The notes under the pieces are model-generated. The model was given only the letters and a program-made list of their open reading frames with translations. It made no database searches and had not been told where the DNA came from. DNA of 63,972 nucleotides, counting the filler, from Octopus bimaculoides (taxonomy: Eukaryota), in NCBI RefSeq assembly GCF_001194135.2. It is 8 parts of 8 records of this genome, joined end to end, with 100 filler letters (N's around TTAATTAATTAA, not from the genome) between each part and the next. Parts side by side here need not be neighbours in the genome. Positions count along the whole stretch, not along the records: positions 47,318 to 54,046 come from NC_068981.1; positions 54,147 to 56,079 come from NW_026378393.1; positions 56,180 to 58,113 come from NW_026432451.1; positions 58,214 to 62,799 come from NC_069005.1; positions 62,900 to 63,972 come from NW_026340904.1; 3 more parts are not named here. One strand, written 5' to 3'. Below, piece by piece: positions 50,297 to 63,315 of the stretch (position 1 is the stretch's first letter; each line of letters starts with the position of its first letter). The position numbers and the translations under genes are program-made.

Positions 50297-51840
50297 TTAA
50301 CGTTGCATCGAAGATATGCATTGGAGAAGGTTTCCATATAATTCAGGGTTGATGATAGTGTTAGGAATCTCAGTCGAGATGATTGCACCAACGTCATTAG
50401 AGTTGATCTTCGTCGCTAGCCAAATCAGAATTTGAGCATGTGTATTTCCTCTCTTCTGCCATTCCACGGTATACATATCGCAATTGACTGGCCCAAAAAT
50501 CTGCCTCTTTTTGATTAATGGCATCAACCTGGCTAACTTTAGTTGGAATACTTGAGCAAGTAGGTCAAGTAGGTCAGGTTGTTGCCCAGGGTAAATTTCA
50601 CCGGTTATTTCCACTCACATTGGGCTGCACGTGAACATAATAAACAGGTTCGGGTGACCATAATTTCGGACGTACGTCATTGCAATTGGACTCGTTCGTT
50701 CATGTACCTGGGTCCCCCCGTATAGCTTGAGGGTAAGATGCAGGTCTTTCTCAGGCCTCGGGGATCAGCATCATTATGGATCCAATCTCGTAAATGGATG
50801 TAGCTGTCACTGTGCAGCTCTTTCAGGTGTATTTTTATAGAACAAAAATGCTTGGAATCAACCTTGGCAGCCATGTCCACAGCAAATTGAAGGAGTATAT
50901 CTCGTGACCGATGCAAGTGATTGAAGCTATTCACATGCAACATAAATTTGTTGGTATAATATGCCGTTGACGAAACTGTTTTAGCCAATATCACAGAGGG
51001 GTCGTTGGGCTGATGATGTTGAATACTGAAATGGCATCCATCCTCCCCGCGTGTGTACAAAAGGGGGACGTGTAGGCCGTCGTAAGAGCGGTGAGTTTCG
51101 CTAATCCTATCAAGGCCGCCGCCATGGTATGAGATAACTATATCTCTGGGGTTGTGTGGTCAACATGAAGAACGACTGCCACGTCATTGCATATGGGAGC
51201 ATTGAAGCTGCGAGCATGCCTCCCAGATGGCCTTTTGCCAGCGTCAATGACGACATTGTAGTTGGGACAGGGAGCCTTCTCCAACGGGCATTTGAAGCAG
51301 AGGGTATCACTGTTGTACTCGTGCAGCATTGTTTGTAGGCAAAATAAGATGTCTCTGTCGAACGTTTCAGTCTCTGCGTTGTCTCCAAGCGCCGGGAAAA
51401 TGGCTACTCGTGCAGCGGCCTGTTGATTGTAGTGAGAGAGGAAATAAAGTTGCAAAAACGCCGATGAACTGTTGTTAGGGAGGGGAATGAAACAACCCAA
51501 TAAGCTGGTAAACCTGCCCCTTAAAAGTTGGCATCCACCTTTCCTCTGGACACCCTTAGCCCCGAAGGATGTCATCTGAAAAGCGCAATTGTATGTCCTG
51601 ATAAGTTGAAGAAATCCAGACGACCTTGGCGCAGACCCTGCCAGCAGGTCCTTCAAAGACTGAGGAGTGTCTTCATGTGGTTGCAGCTGCTCTTTGCCAT
51701 GTGAGCAGCACATCCCAAGTGGTTCGGCTGGCCACTTTTCGGCAATGCAGTGCTTGCAGGTAGAGCACATACCCCAATATTGAGTTCAGAACGGGAAGAG
51801 TAGCTTATTGTCTGTTCGTAGCTGAAAGCCTTCATGACCC
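50297..51840 (-). mobile_element. Decayed Helitron Rep domain
   Basis: Motifs appear in the expected order across frameshifts: AFSYE..NIG, CSTCKHCIAEKW..EPLGMCCSHGK zinc finger, FLQLIRTYNCAFQMTSFGA, ILPSSYTGGPRYM, and VEWQKRGNTHAQILIWL (consensus EFQKRGLPHAHIL, HUH motif mutated). The helicase is absent. Confidence 0.92.
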
Positions 51841-52932
51841 AATAGGAACCTTTCGGGCTTGTAATGCCGCGAGCAGCCTCTCACCGATGAGTATACCCCT
51901 GTATCCTACCAGGTCTCTGTAGAAGAGTTTCAGCAGATAGCGTAATGTTAGTGGCAACAGTATTTTGTGAATTTCGGACTGCCCGCTGTTCCGCAGTCTC
52001 GGAGGCCCTTGGATTGGCAGTGGCAGCAGGTTTTTTTTTTTTGAATTGCGAGCAGATCGATCTAAGCTCATTTGTTCAAAGAGGCACTGGATGGTCATAC
52101 GACCTTTTCCTTTGCAGTTACATGGCTATTTTGTCGTCACTTTCAGTGACTCTCCTGCACGAAACACGCCCATTGTTGTGAGACAATCGCAAATTAGTTT
52201 TGTCAGAAGTCTCATTGACCATTCTAGCCCTTTGTACCAAGGCAGCAGCCGTTCGGCCCCCGAGACAGATTCTTTTCTTAGGTGACATGTGGTAAACTGG
52301 GAGAAGGAGGAAAGGAAACTGACAGATGGGGAAATGTGATTAAATAAAGGCACAAATGAAGATGAATTTGCGGTTCGGATGAACGAAATTTCAGCAATGT
52401 GAACAACACTGTTTTTAAATACAGACAACGTTACCCGGTCGTTTCAAAGAACAGTAACATGTTTTGTCAAACTAACAGCTGAAAAATAAAAGCAAAATAC
52501 AATAAAATAGGAAAAATTAAATACATAAGATGAAAATAAAAATTGATGAAAAAATCTACGTAAGAAATATAACAGTCAATATAAAGACTTTAAACATAAA
52601 AAAGCAAACAAAAACTAAGAAAGAAAATGTGCTAGTTGCTAATTACATCGTCATTAGGTATTATTTTCTAATTGAATAAACCAATACTAATTATCTAACA
52701 TTCAAAATTGCATGGCAGGAGAAAAGATTTATCGAACTTGAGTAGCATCTTAGGAACTCGTTTCTAAAGTTGAATTGCCACATATCAAAAAATGATTTAA
52801 GCAACATAGGAAGTAAAACAGCTACAGTACAAAGTCATCATTTGCCTTGACCACCGAGAAAACAAACTTACGTACAGAGAATTTCATAAACAGAAATGAA
52901 TGGAAACAATGTAGGTAAATTTTTAGAAATCG

Positions 52933-53308
52933 GGTTTTTTGCGTGGAATCAACTACCATGGCCTCCTAATATGCTATAAAATCCTTTTTGTGATCCGAAA
53001 AACGTATTGGGGTGTGGTGGAAGCCTCGGAAATGTCACCCCACACACCCATTGATCTTTTCACCATCTATTTTTCAATGTACGGAGGAAATATGGAGATT
53101 AAGAATATGGAAAACATTTTTTTTAATCCCAAATTTACCATGAAAAACTCAACGTAAATGTTTAGATAACACTCGCACCATTTTCACTAACAAAAAAATT
53201 GGATTTTTTGCGTTGAATTAACTACCATGGCCTCCTAATATGCTACAAAACCCTGTTTGTGGTCCGAAAAAGGGGTGGGGTGTGGTGGAAGCCTCGTAAA
53301 TGTTACCC
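52933..53308. repeat. 108-bp direct repeat, 268 bp apart
   Basis: ggttttttgcgtggaatcaactaccatggcctcctaatatgct...gtgtggtggaagcctcg at 52933-53040 and 53201-53308, upstream of the Helitron fragment. Confidence 0.85.
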
Positions 53309-54146
53309 ATTTATATTGTGTAATTCACTCACAAATTGTTCCCTATCTCTTTGTTTCTTTGTTATTAAATAAAAAGATTCTCATCAAAACACTTTTTATC
53401 CTCAGTGTAAAATAAAAACAAAATTCTTTCGCGCCCTAAGTAATATGTGTGTGAGAAAGAGGGGGGCCGAAACATAAACGAGTTAAAATAAATATGTTTT
53501 AATTGTTGTGTGAGAAACTATCTGATTATAAAACATAGTGTCTTTCAAAAACATCATAAATTTGAAGAGTACATCTCATGCTTAAGAAGAAAAAACATTT
53601 CACATTTTTGTTTTTGATGAATGCTGTCACCTACTGACACACACATTGTCTTTAACTTTCTTTCGTTAGACGTTGTCTACAACACTTTTTCTTTACCGTT
53701 TTTCGTTAGACGTAGTCAAATTTCTCCTTCTCTCTCTCCCTCACACACACATACATACATCAATACACAACTTCTCTCTGTCTCTTTCACACACATATAC
53801 ATCAACAAACTTCTCTCTCTCCCTCACACACACACACACACACAGACACACACACACACACACACACAGACACACACACACACACACACTTTCACTTGGT
53901 TATGGCAAGAAGGGACTTAACTCATGTTATCAATCTTCAAAATCGATAAAAGCTATTGTTCAAAATTGATTTTTAATGCTATCCGCGTGTGCCTCGGGAA
54001 AAATAACTTAACAAAACCCAGTTAGGGTCGTGATGAATGTCCAGCTNNNNNNNNNNNNNNNNNNNNNNNNNNNNNNNNNNNNNNNNNNNNTTAATTAATT
54101 AANNNNNNNNNNNNNNNNNNNNNNNNNNNNNNNNNNNNNNNNNNNN

Positions 54147-54182
<36 letters not shown>

Positions 54183-54602
54183 CAAATAATAAATGTGTAT
54201 ATGCATATATACGTACACACACACACACATATATATATCCGATGAATATATATACCTTCACACATGACCTGCATATGTGTGTGTGTTTTTTTGATGAACG
54301 TATAGAGAACTAAATACATATATAGATAAACGTATGTATATCGTGACTGTGTGTACATACATATATATATATACATACCCAAATGGGTATGTATATATAT
54401 ATATATGTGTGTGTGTGCTTCAGTTTCTGTGCGTGTATTCATATATATATATAAATATATATATGAATATATATGTATCCTTATATAGATATACACATAT
54501 ATGTATATACATATACATATATATGTACACATATATATATATATGTAAATATATATTTGAGTATATATATGTATATCTATCTATCTATCTATCTATCTAT
54601 CC

Positions 54603-54660
<58 letters not shown>

Positions 54661-54857
54661 NNNNNNNNNNNNNNNNNNNNNNNNNNNNNNNNNNNNNNNN
54701 NNNNNNNNNNNNNNNNNNNNNNNNNNNNNNNNNNNNNNNNNNNNNNNNNNNNNNNNNNNNNNNNNNNNNNNNTATATATGTACGTATATATGTATATATA
54801 TGTATATATATATATTTATATATATGTACGTATATATATATATGTATATATATATGC

Positions 54858-54970
54858 TAATAATAAGAAAGGAGTTACGATGCAAAAACATATATATTAA
54901 ATGAACATATTAATATATGTTCATTTAGTGTATATGTTTTTGCGTCGTATCTTCTTTCTTCTTATTATTA
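54858..54970. repeat. About 53-bp-arm palindrome with a 4-nt loop
   Basis: taataataagaaaggagttacgatgcaaaaacatatatattaaatgaacatat-taat-atatgttcatttagtgtatatgtttttgcgtcgtatcttctttcttcttattatta. Confidence 0.85.
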
Positions 54971-55096
54971 TAACCAAAAGGATCGATTCTTGAGGAGCAT
55001 ACATACCTTCACAATCGTTTTTTTCTTCTATTTTGGTGATGAAGTTTTGAGTTAGCTTACCAATTATTTTGTTAGTAGTTAATTTATAATCTATTG

Positions 55097-55162
<66 letters not shown>

Positions 55163-55182
55163 TATATATATACTTGTATATA

Positions 55183-55412
55183 CATGGTGGCCCAAACTAG
55201 TTTTATAGTTATGCAACTATCTATTCGCATTCATATATTAACAGTTTAGATCTTTATTATACAAAAAAGGAAGCCGTTATTCTATTGTAATTGAGTTAAT
55301 GTTGTCAAGCTCCCTTCTCAGTTTGTAAGATAGAAATTTAAATGTTATGAAATGATTTAAAAGAAAATTAAAGTGCCTACGTTATAACTGCAAACCTGCT
55401 TGTGGGCCACCC

Positions 55413-55414
<2 letters not shown>
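55183..55414. mobile_element. Tc1/mariner-type MITE
   Basis: TA|catggtggcccaaactagttttatagttat ... gttataactgcaaacctgcttgtgggccaccctg|TG. TIRs are of the CAGGGTGGCCCA type, in a (TA)n context. Confidence 0.75.
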
Positions 55415-55450
<36 letters not shown>

Positions 55451-56693
55451 TAACTATGTGTGAATCCACTTGTAGACGCATACATTTATACCTGAAAATA
55501 CGCACACACGCATAATGTGTATTTCGATACGCATATACCTACAAGTATATAGATATATGTATAAATATCTGGATTTATAAGGTGGTGTGCAGTTTCTAAT
55601 ATTGGTAAAAATATGTGCATTTCTATAAAAATACCAGTGAAGAAGAAACACCGATCTACCATCACCCCACCCTGCTGTTGGTACTCTGAAAAACCATACA
55701 AGTTAGATACCCTAACATTCTTTCTTGAAGGACATTTAAAAAAAAATTTCATTCGGTCTTATTCCTTTCTCTTTTAATTTTAGTTTGATAATTTTCATTT
55801 ATCTTGATAATTGTTGTTGTAACTATAATCTTGAAAGTAATATGCGGTTAAAGGTCTATTTTCTATATAAAATACTTATATACATACATACATACACCAT
55901 CATCATCATCATCATCGTCATCATCGTTATCTATGTATACATACATATACTACCATATGCGTATATATATATGTATATATATACGCACATATGTATATAT
56001 AGAAACATATGTATATATATATGTGTGTGTGTATATATGTATATATGTATATATATACATATATATATACATATATATANNNNNNNNNNNNNNNNNNNNN
56101 NNNNNNNNNNNNNNNNNNNNNNNTTAATTAATTAANNNNNNNNNNNNNNNNNNNNNNNNNNNNNNNNNNNNNNNNNNNNATGTATGTATGTATGTATGTA
56201 TGTATGTATGTATGTATGTATGCATACCAGGATGGTGAAGTTATAGAGGGCTTGTAATTTTCTGTTTAGACGTTTCCCTCTGTAAAATTATGGCGATCTA
56301 AATCAGTTGAGATTAGTAATTAATATGTTTTCTGTTTCTATATATACAACGGGAAACACCTAATTTTAGGGCATTTGACTGGTCTATACAGAAAATCCGC
56401 TCCAGATTTGTGAACATTTCATTAGAAATAGTCATTTTAACCGGATTATAAAAATTGCTTTTCACAATGCGACTATTTTCGTCGACCTAAATCTATAACA
56501 AAACAACTGTATTTGTGAGATTTGTAGAACTATTTCCTTCGTTTCATTGGATAAAAAAAGGATACAGATCCTTGTGTGGTCAAACAAACTCATAGGACGC
56601 GTTTCCAGTTTCCGTGACGTATAAAGCCCCCTCTCGCAGGGTTACTCACTTTCGCCAGCTGAGTGGACTGGGGCAACGTGAAATGAAGTGAAA

Positions 56694-56737
<44 letters not shown>

Positions 56738-57859
56738 NNNNNNNNNNNNNNNNNNNNNNNNNNNNNNNNNNNNNNNNNNNNNNNNNNNNNNNNNNNNNNN
56801 NNNNNNNNNNNNNNNNNNNNNNNNNNNNNNNNNNNNNNNNNNNNNNNNNNNNNNNNNNNNNNNNNNNNNNNNNNNNNNNNNNNNNNNNNNNNNNNNNNNN
56901 NNNNNNNNNNNNNNNNNNNNNNNNNNNNNNNNNNNNNNNNNNNNNNNNNNNNNNNNNNNNNNNNNNNNNNNNNNNNNNNNNNNNNNNNNNNNNNNNNNNN
57001 NNNNNNNNNNNNNNNNNNNNNNNNNNNNNNNNNNNNNNNNNNNNNNNNNNNNNNNNNNNNNNNNNNNNNNNNNNNNNNNNNNNNNNNNNNNNNNNNNNNN
57101 NNNNNNNNNNNNNNNNNNNNNNNNNNNNNNNNNNNNNNNNNNNNNNNNNNNNNNNNNNNNNNNNNNNNNNNNNNNNNNNNNNNNNNNNNNNNNNNNNNNN
57201 NNNNNNNNNNNNNNNNNNNNNNNNNNNNNNNNNNNNNNNNNNNNNNNNNNNNNNNNNNNNNNNNNNNNNNNNNNNNNNNNNNNNNNNNNNNNNNNNNNNN
57301 NNNNNNNNNNNNNNNNNNNNNNNNNNNNNNNNNNNNNNNNNNNNNNNNNNNNNNNNNNNNNNNNNNNNNNNNNNNNNNNNNNNNNNNNNNNNNNNNNNNN
57401 NNNNNNNNNNNNNNNNNNNNNNNNNNNNNNNNNNNNNNNNNNNNNNNNNNNNNNNNNNNNNNNNNNNNNNNNNNNNNNNNNNNNNNNNNNNNNNNNNNNN
57501 NNNNNNNNNNNNNNNNNNNNNNNNNNNNNNNNNNNNNNNNNNNNNNNNNNNNNNNNNNNNNNNNNNNNNNNNNNNNNNNNNNNNNNNNNNNNNNNNNNNN
57601 NNNNNNNNNNNNNNNNNNNNNNNNNNNNNNNNNNNNNNNNNNNNNNNTAATAAGTATCTGGACTACTGCCATAGTAACGAAGCTAAAGGATGCAGAGTAA
57701 AGCCGCTTTGCAGAGATTGACATTGAACTCTGGTGTGCATGTGCAATAAGTTATAACGTTCTACCTAACTTCCGCTACTTACAGCACTGCTTGGAAGGAA
57801 GGTGTGTAGCGTGTGGTCATCGCATTGACAGAGTAAGATGTCATGGCGATGCCTGCTCA

Positions 57860-58113
57860 GAGACCTATGCAAAGTTGCAGAAAGTGCATGGAGAAGAGTG
57901 TATTAATCGCACGCAAGTGTACGAGTGGTTCAGGCATTTCCGAGATGGCCGAAAAAATGTCGATATTAACGAACGTTCTGGGAGACCCGCAACCAGCAGA
58001 ACTGAGAAAAACATCGCCGATGTGCGTGCAGCTGTGACTGGAAATCGTTGAATCGCCATCTGTGTGTTACCAGAGGATGTGCAGATTAGTTACGGTTCCG
58101 TTCAGTCCATTAT
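57860..58113 (+). mobile_element. Mariner transposase N-terminal HTH fragment
   Basis: ETYAKLQKVHGEECINRTQVYEWFRHFRDGRKNVDINERSGRPATSRTEKNIADVRAAVTGNR*IAICVLPEDVQISYGSVQSII, a typical mariner DNA-binding region with one stop. Confidence 0.9.
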
Positions 58114-58254
58114 NNNNNNNNNNNNNNNNNNNNNNNNNNNNNNNNNNNNNNNNNNNNTTAATTAATTAANNNNNNNNNNNNNNNNNNNNNNNNNNNNNNN
58201 NNNNNNNNNNNNNATATGTGTGTGTGTGTGTGTGTGTGTGTTTCTGTGTCTGTG

Positions 58255-58448
58255 TTTGTCCCCCCCCCCAACATCGCTTGACAACCGATGCTGGTGTGTT
58301 TACATTCCCGTAACTTAGCGGTTTGGCAAAAAGAGACCGGTAGAATAAGTACTAGGCTTACAAAGAATAAGTCCTGGGGTCGATTAGGTCGACTAAAAGG
58401 TGGTGCTCCAGCATGACCACAGTCAAATGACTGAAACAAGTAAAAGAG
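58255..58448 (+). mobile_element. SINE-like family C (tail ...ggtgctccagcatggccacagtcaaatgactgaaacaagtaaaaga)
   Basis: Copies also at ~15585-15780(-), 24985-25155(-), 26295-26480(-), 31473-31575(+), 45345-45545(+) and 61085-61290(-). Confidence 0.8.
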
Positions 58449-58670
58449 TATGTAAGCTATATGTGTGTATGTTAAGTGTATGTGTGTGTGTACGTGCGCG
58501 CGCACACACATTTGCAGCTGCAAATGACAACGAAAGAAATAAACAAAGGAAGAAACGGCTGTTTATTCAAGTTGAAAACAAATGATCGATTAGATAGACG
58601 GATATTTAAACCAGTCCATTAATAAATAATAAAGGGGTAGAATTGAACCAGTGCGTGTGTTAATAATATT

Positions 58671-58900
58671 TATTTCTTTATTGCTGACTGGGGGGCTAAA
58701 CATAGATTGGACAAACCAGGACAGACAAATGGATTAAGTGGATTACATCGATCCCCAATGTGTAACTGGTACTTATTTATTCGACCCCGAAAGGATGAAA
58801 GGCAAAGTCGACCTCGGCGGAATTTAAACTCAGAACGTAAAGACAGACGAAATACCGCTAAGCATTTCGCCCGGTGTGCTAACGATTCTGCCAGCTCGCC
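58671..58900 (-). mobile_element. tRNA-derived SINE family A, near-full-length copy
   Basis: Reverse complement of the 7022 copy; CpGs are retained. Confidence 0.85.
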
Positions 58901-60033
58901 CCGCCTGTGTGTTAATAATATTAGCACAATGACACGCCTTAGACACAACAAAATTTGTTTCAACACACGAATTCACGTACAGAATCTCGGAAACTAGGTA
59001 CAGCCCCCATCCCATCAACAACGAGGTATAATTATGTAGATATATTTCGAATGCAAGGTGTGCCCTCTCGAAACATATCTGCTTAGTCTAGTATTCCAAT
59101 CTGTACCTAGATGTTATATTTGTGTAAGGTATCTATGGGAAAGAAATATTTTCTGCCGAGTAATAATTTAGAAACGGGAAACTTGGGGAAAAAAAAGTTT
59201 TGGTATTATTATCCACCATTACTCGTGTTCCATTCTGTAATAGGCGTTAAAAAAATTGTACATGTAGGAAACATGTAATATATCTCCTATCAGAAATTCT
59301 TCAGACAGAGAACCAAATAATACAGAATTTACATTTGGATGAAACGCTTATATATATATATATATATATATATATNNNNNNNNNNNNNNNNNNNNNNNNN
59401 NNNNNNNNNNNNNNNNNNNNNNNNNNNNNNNNNNNNNNNNNNNNNNNNNNNNNNNNNNNNNNNNNNNNNNNNNNNNNNNNNNNNNNNNNNNNNNNNNNNN
59501 NNNNNNNNNNNNNNNNNNNNNNNNNNNNNNNNNNNNNNNNNNNNNNNNNNNNNNNNNNNNNNNNNNNNNNNNNNNNNNNNNNNNNNNNNNNNNNNNNNNN
59601 NNNNNNNNNNNNNNNNNNNNNNNNNNNNNNNNNNNNNNNNNNNNNNNNNNNNNNNNNNNNNNNNNNNNNNNNNNNNNNNNNNNNNNNNNNNNNNNNNNNN
59701 NNNNNNNNNNNNNNNNNNNNNNNNNNNNNNNNNNNNNNNNNNNNNNNNNNNNNNNNNNNNNNNNNNNNNNNNNNNNNNNNNNNNNNNNNNNNNNNNNNNN
59801 NNNNNNNNNNNNNNNNNNNNNNNNNNNNNNNNNNNNNNNNNNNNNNNNNNNNNNNNNNNNNNNNNNNNNNNNNNNNNNNNNNNNNNNNNNNNNNNNNNNN
59901 NNNNNNNNNNNNNNNNNNNNNNNNNNNNNNNNNNNNNNNNNNNNNNNNNNNNNNNNNNNNNNNNNNNNNNNNNNNNNNNNNNNNNNNNNNNNNNNNNNNN
60001 NNNNNNNNNNNNNNNNNNNNNNNNNNNNNNNNN

Positions 60034-60085
<52 letters not shown>

Positions 60086-60548
60086 AGAGGGAGATAGCAA
60101 CTATATGTTTCAACATTATACGATTATCAAATAACCATGTTTGTTAACACAAAATTTTTGGAAGTAAGTTAATCTTTTGAAGTCTTGAAATACTGCGTAG
60201 ATTTTTTTTTTTATTCAACTACGGATTACATTTCAATTCAGGTGCTCATGCACTAATTTCTTCGAAAAGTGTCAATTGGTGAAATATTATCATGGAATAA
60301 CAAGTCAGAGGCCAGTTTGTGATCCACAAAGCAAATCATACCTATTCACTAACTGCGTCTGGCTCACGCCGCTCAGGTGAGCTTTGCACACAGGTAGCCA
60401 GATAATGCAGCATTGAATGGTTTATAAGGCGTTTATGTAGGAAAGTTATGAGTTAATGTCATATACACCCACACCCACCCATATGTATGTATTTGTATAG
60501 ATATACAGATACATAGACGGATAGATTGTGTACACACACACACACAAC

Positions 60549-60590
<42 letters not shown>

Positions 60591-60900
60591 AGTAAAAATA
60601 AATACAAAAAAGGTAGGGTTTTTTTGTATGATTGTGTATAGAGGAATATATTATTTTGCTTAAAAGAGTTCCAACACTGTCTGTTTTTTTATGTTTTATT
60701 TATATTCCTGCAGAACTAATGTGGGGTATAGAATATGGAATATACAATATATAATATGATATACAATATACAATATAAAATAAAATAACATAAAAATGGA
60801 TGGCACCCTGAAAGAAAGTATTGAATGTAGATGAAATATTGAGTGTTCAATATAAAGGATCAAATATATAAATATATAAATATAAATATATATATATAAA

Positions 60901-60940
60901 GGCGACTCGAGTTTCAGGGCTATTTCCCTTCGTCATGGCC
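60901..60940 (-). ncRNA. Type I hammerhead ribozyme with a one-base insertion in the core
   Basis: Minus strand reads GGC-C(A)UGACGA-AGGG(aaauag)CCCU-GAAA-CUCGAG-UC^GCC. Stem II is 4 bp, stem III is the palindrome CUCGAG, and the triplet is GUC. Confidence 0.7.
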
Positions 60941-60960
60941 GGTATGACAGACGTATACTT

Positions 60961-60991
<31 letters not shown>

Positions 60992-61331
60992 CTTACATAT
61001 ATATGTATATATCTCAAAAGTCACTATGAGTAACATTCGATGCATGTGTGTATATACATGTGTGTGTGTGTGTGCATGCATGTATGTGTGTGTATTCGTT
61101 TATTCTTTCACCTGTTTCAATCATTTGACTGCGGCCGTGCTGGAGCACTGCCTTTAGTCGAACAAATCGATCCCAGGATTTATTCTTTGTAAGCATAGTA
61201 CTTATTCTATCGTTTTCCTTTTGCCGAACCGCTAAGTTCCGGGGACGTAAACACACAAACATCGGTTGTCAAGCGATGGTGGGGAGACAAACACAGACAC
61301 ACAAATACATACATACATACATACATAAACT

Positions 61332-61540
61332 GGATATTGTTGTGGTAGACCAAAACAAGAAAGTTTGTTTATTGATCGATATGTGATCATAATATCTCGG
61401 CAAAGGAATTTGAAAAGCTCAGAAAGAACAAAGATTTGCTCATTGGAATTGAAAAAAATGTGGCGTCTTAAGGTGGTTACAATACCAGTAATTGTAGGAA
61501 TACTTGAAATGGTCAAAAAAGGAACTGAAAATTATTTGCT
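61332..61540 (+). mobile_element. R4/Dong-like restriction-like endonuclease fragment
   Basis: DIVVVDQNKKVCLLIDM / DHNISAKEFEKLRKNKDLLIGIE / MWRLKVVTIPVIVGILEMVKKG. Confidence 0.8.
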
Positions 61541-61545
61541 AATAA

Positions 61546-62497
61546 GTTTTCGTAAGCTTTGGAGTCAGTAGTCATGACAACCACAAAGCATGGAGAGAGA
61601 ACGAGTTTAATATCTTAGCGCACGTGTAACCTAGACGAGTGTGAGGCTCTCGTCTGCTTGCTTATGCGCCAGACCGTGTATGCGAATGATCTCTGGCGTA
61701 CCATTCTTGCAAGAAACGCAAAACATTGTCTTAACTTGTACGTCACACACATTGAGAAGAACAATGTTGATGTGGGAACGATTACTCCCCCCCCCCATTT
61801 TATAATATTTTCTTTTTTCCATCCAAGATGGCATTCCAATCCCCCATTAGCACTAAAGGTCGAGACGTTCCCAGGAAAACCTCGAAGCAGTCTGATGGCA
61901 CCTCCGTCGCTACTGGTCACATCCAGGACCACCAAAGTACCTTCTGAGTCCACGAAGGTAGTCCTTACCTTCAGATCCAGACATCACCGGAACGACACCT
62001 GCTGCTGCACACCTCCATTTCCAGTTGACATGGCGATAAACAAATGTTTTCTTTATTAACCACTAAAGCTTCATAAAAACAATGCGAACGGTAACATGAG
62101 AAAAGAATGTAGGGCGTGCAAAAATAAAACAATAATAATAACAATGCTAGATAACCACCATCTATCCAAGTTTACTTGGACTGATGGTGACTGTCTGCAA
62201 TCATGACATTATTGTTTATACGCATATTTTCAGTTCAGTTGATGACATATTCGTACAGCCCTTTTGACTTTGTCTTACAGTGTTCTCCATTCAAATGGTT
62301 ACCGAGTTCATTGAATCGAAATTGGTAAAAATCTTATCTCTACGCCTATCGTTGACACACACATACACCGTCTGGCACATAAGCAAGCAGACGACAACCT
62401 CACACTCGTCTGGGTACACGTGCACTAAGACATTAAACTCGTTCTTTCTCCATGCTTTGTGGTTGTCATGACTTCTGACCCCAAAGGTTACGAAAAC
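61546..62497. mobile_element. Non-autonomous TIR element with about 140-bp terminal inverted repeats
   Basis: 61546-~61684 (gttttcgtaagctttggagtcag...cagaccgtgtatg) is the reverse complement of ~62355-62497, roughly 90% identical by eye. No clear TSD. Confidence 0.8.
61820..62030 (-). mobile_element. Tx1/L1 AP-endonuclease fragment inside the TIR element
   Basis: GGV..SFR*CLDLKVRTTFVDSEGTLVVLDVTSSDGGAIRLL then TSRPLVLMGDWNAILD (APE GDxN motif), with an internal deletion. Confidence 0.8.
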
Positions 62498-63280
62498 AAT
62501 TACTTCCCATGAAATATTTCAATGTTTCAACAACTACATAATTAAGGGTGCAAAATAGCACCTGAAATCGCTAGAAATAAGGGCTAAAGGATATATAAAA
62601 GCTCTTATTTCTAGTTAATTCCAAGTGCTATTTATGAATTTTGCTTTTTTTGGTTTTTAATTGCTTTACTCACCTATATAATAATGTATTTAATATATCA
62701 TAATACATTTATTACCTCCGTCAAGGTTATGTTTTCATTGGCTATACTGGCAACATGACTGCCCCCAAATACGACAATATATATATATATATATATATAN
62801 NNNNNNNNNNNNNNNNNNNNNNNNNNNNNNNNNNNNNNNNNNNTTAATTAATTAANNNNNNNNNNNNNNNNNNNNNNNNNNNNNNNNNNNNNNNNNNNNA
62901 TACATACACGTATATATATACACACACACCTATATATATTAATATATGTATAATTTAGATTTATTGTGTAAATATTAGTGGGTAACAGGTTTGTGGATTT
63001 GTGTAAAATGAATGAAAATAATGTTGTGAACACACATTTCTAATTATTATTCATATGTAATCAAAATAATGTTAACAATCATTTTAAACTGCTGAAATAT
63101 ATTAATAATAAAGTGGCAAATGTACAAAAATAAATCTTATGCAAGTATGCATGCTTATGTGAGCATGTGTGCGTTTATGCCTCTGAGTAAATATGCATGA
63201 TGTGTATATGTATGTGTATTTGTGTATATTATATATATAACTATATATGATTATATACACATACACACACACACACACAT

Positions 63281-63315
<35 letters not shown>

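Noticed and set aside
51010-51040. Other CTGANGA...GAAA matches (51010, 42671, 31849, 38065)
   Set aside because: No pairing stems I-III or no UH triplet; chance matches.
28953-62855. TTAATTAATTAA islands inside N runs (28953, 31417, 47262, 54091, 56124, 58158, 62844)
   Set aside because: An identical 12-mer encoding stops in all six frames, each time flanked by about 45-50 N: an assembly spacer, not biology.
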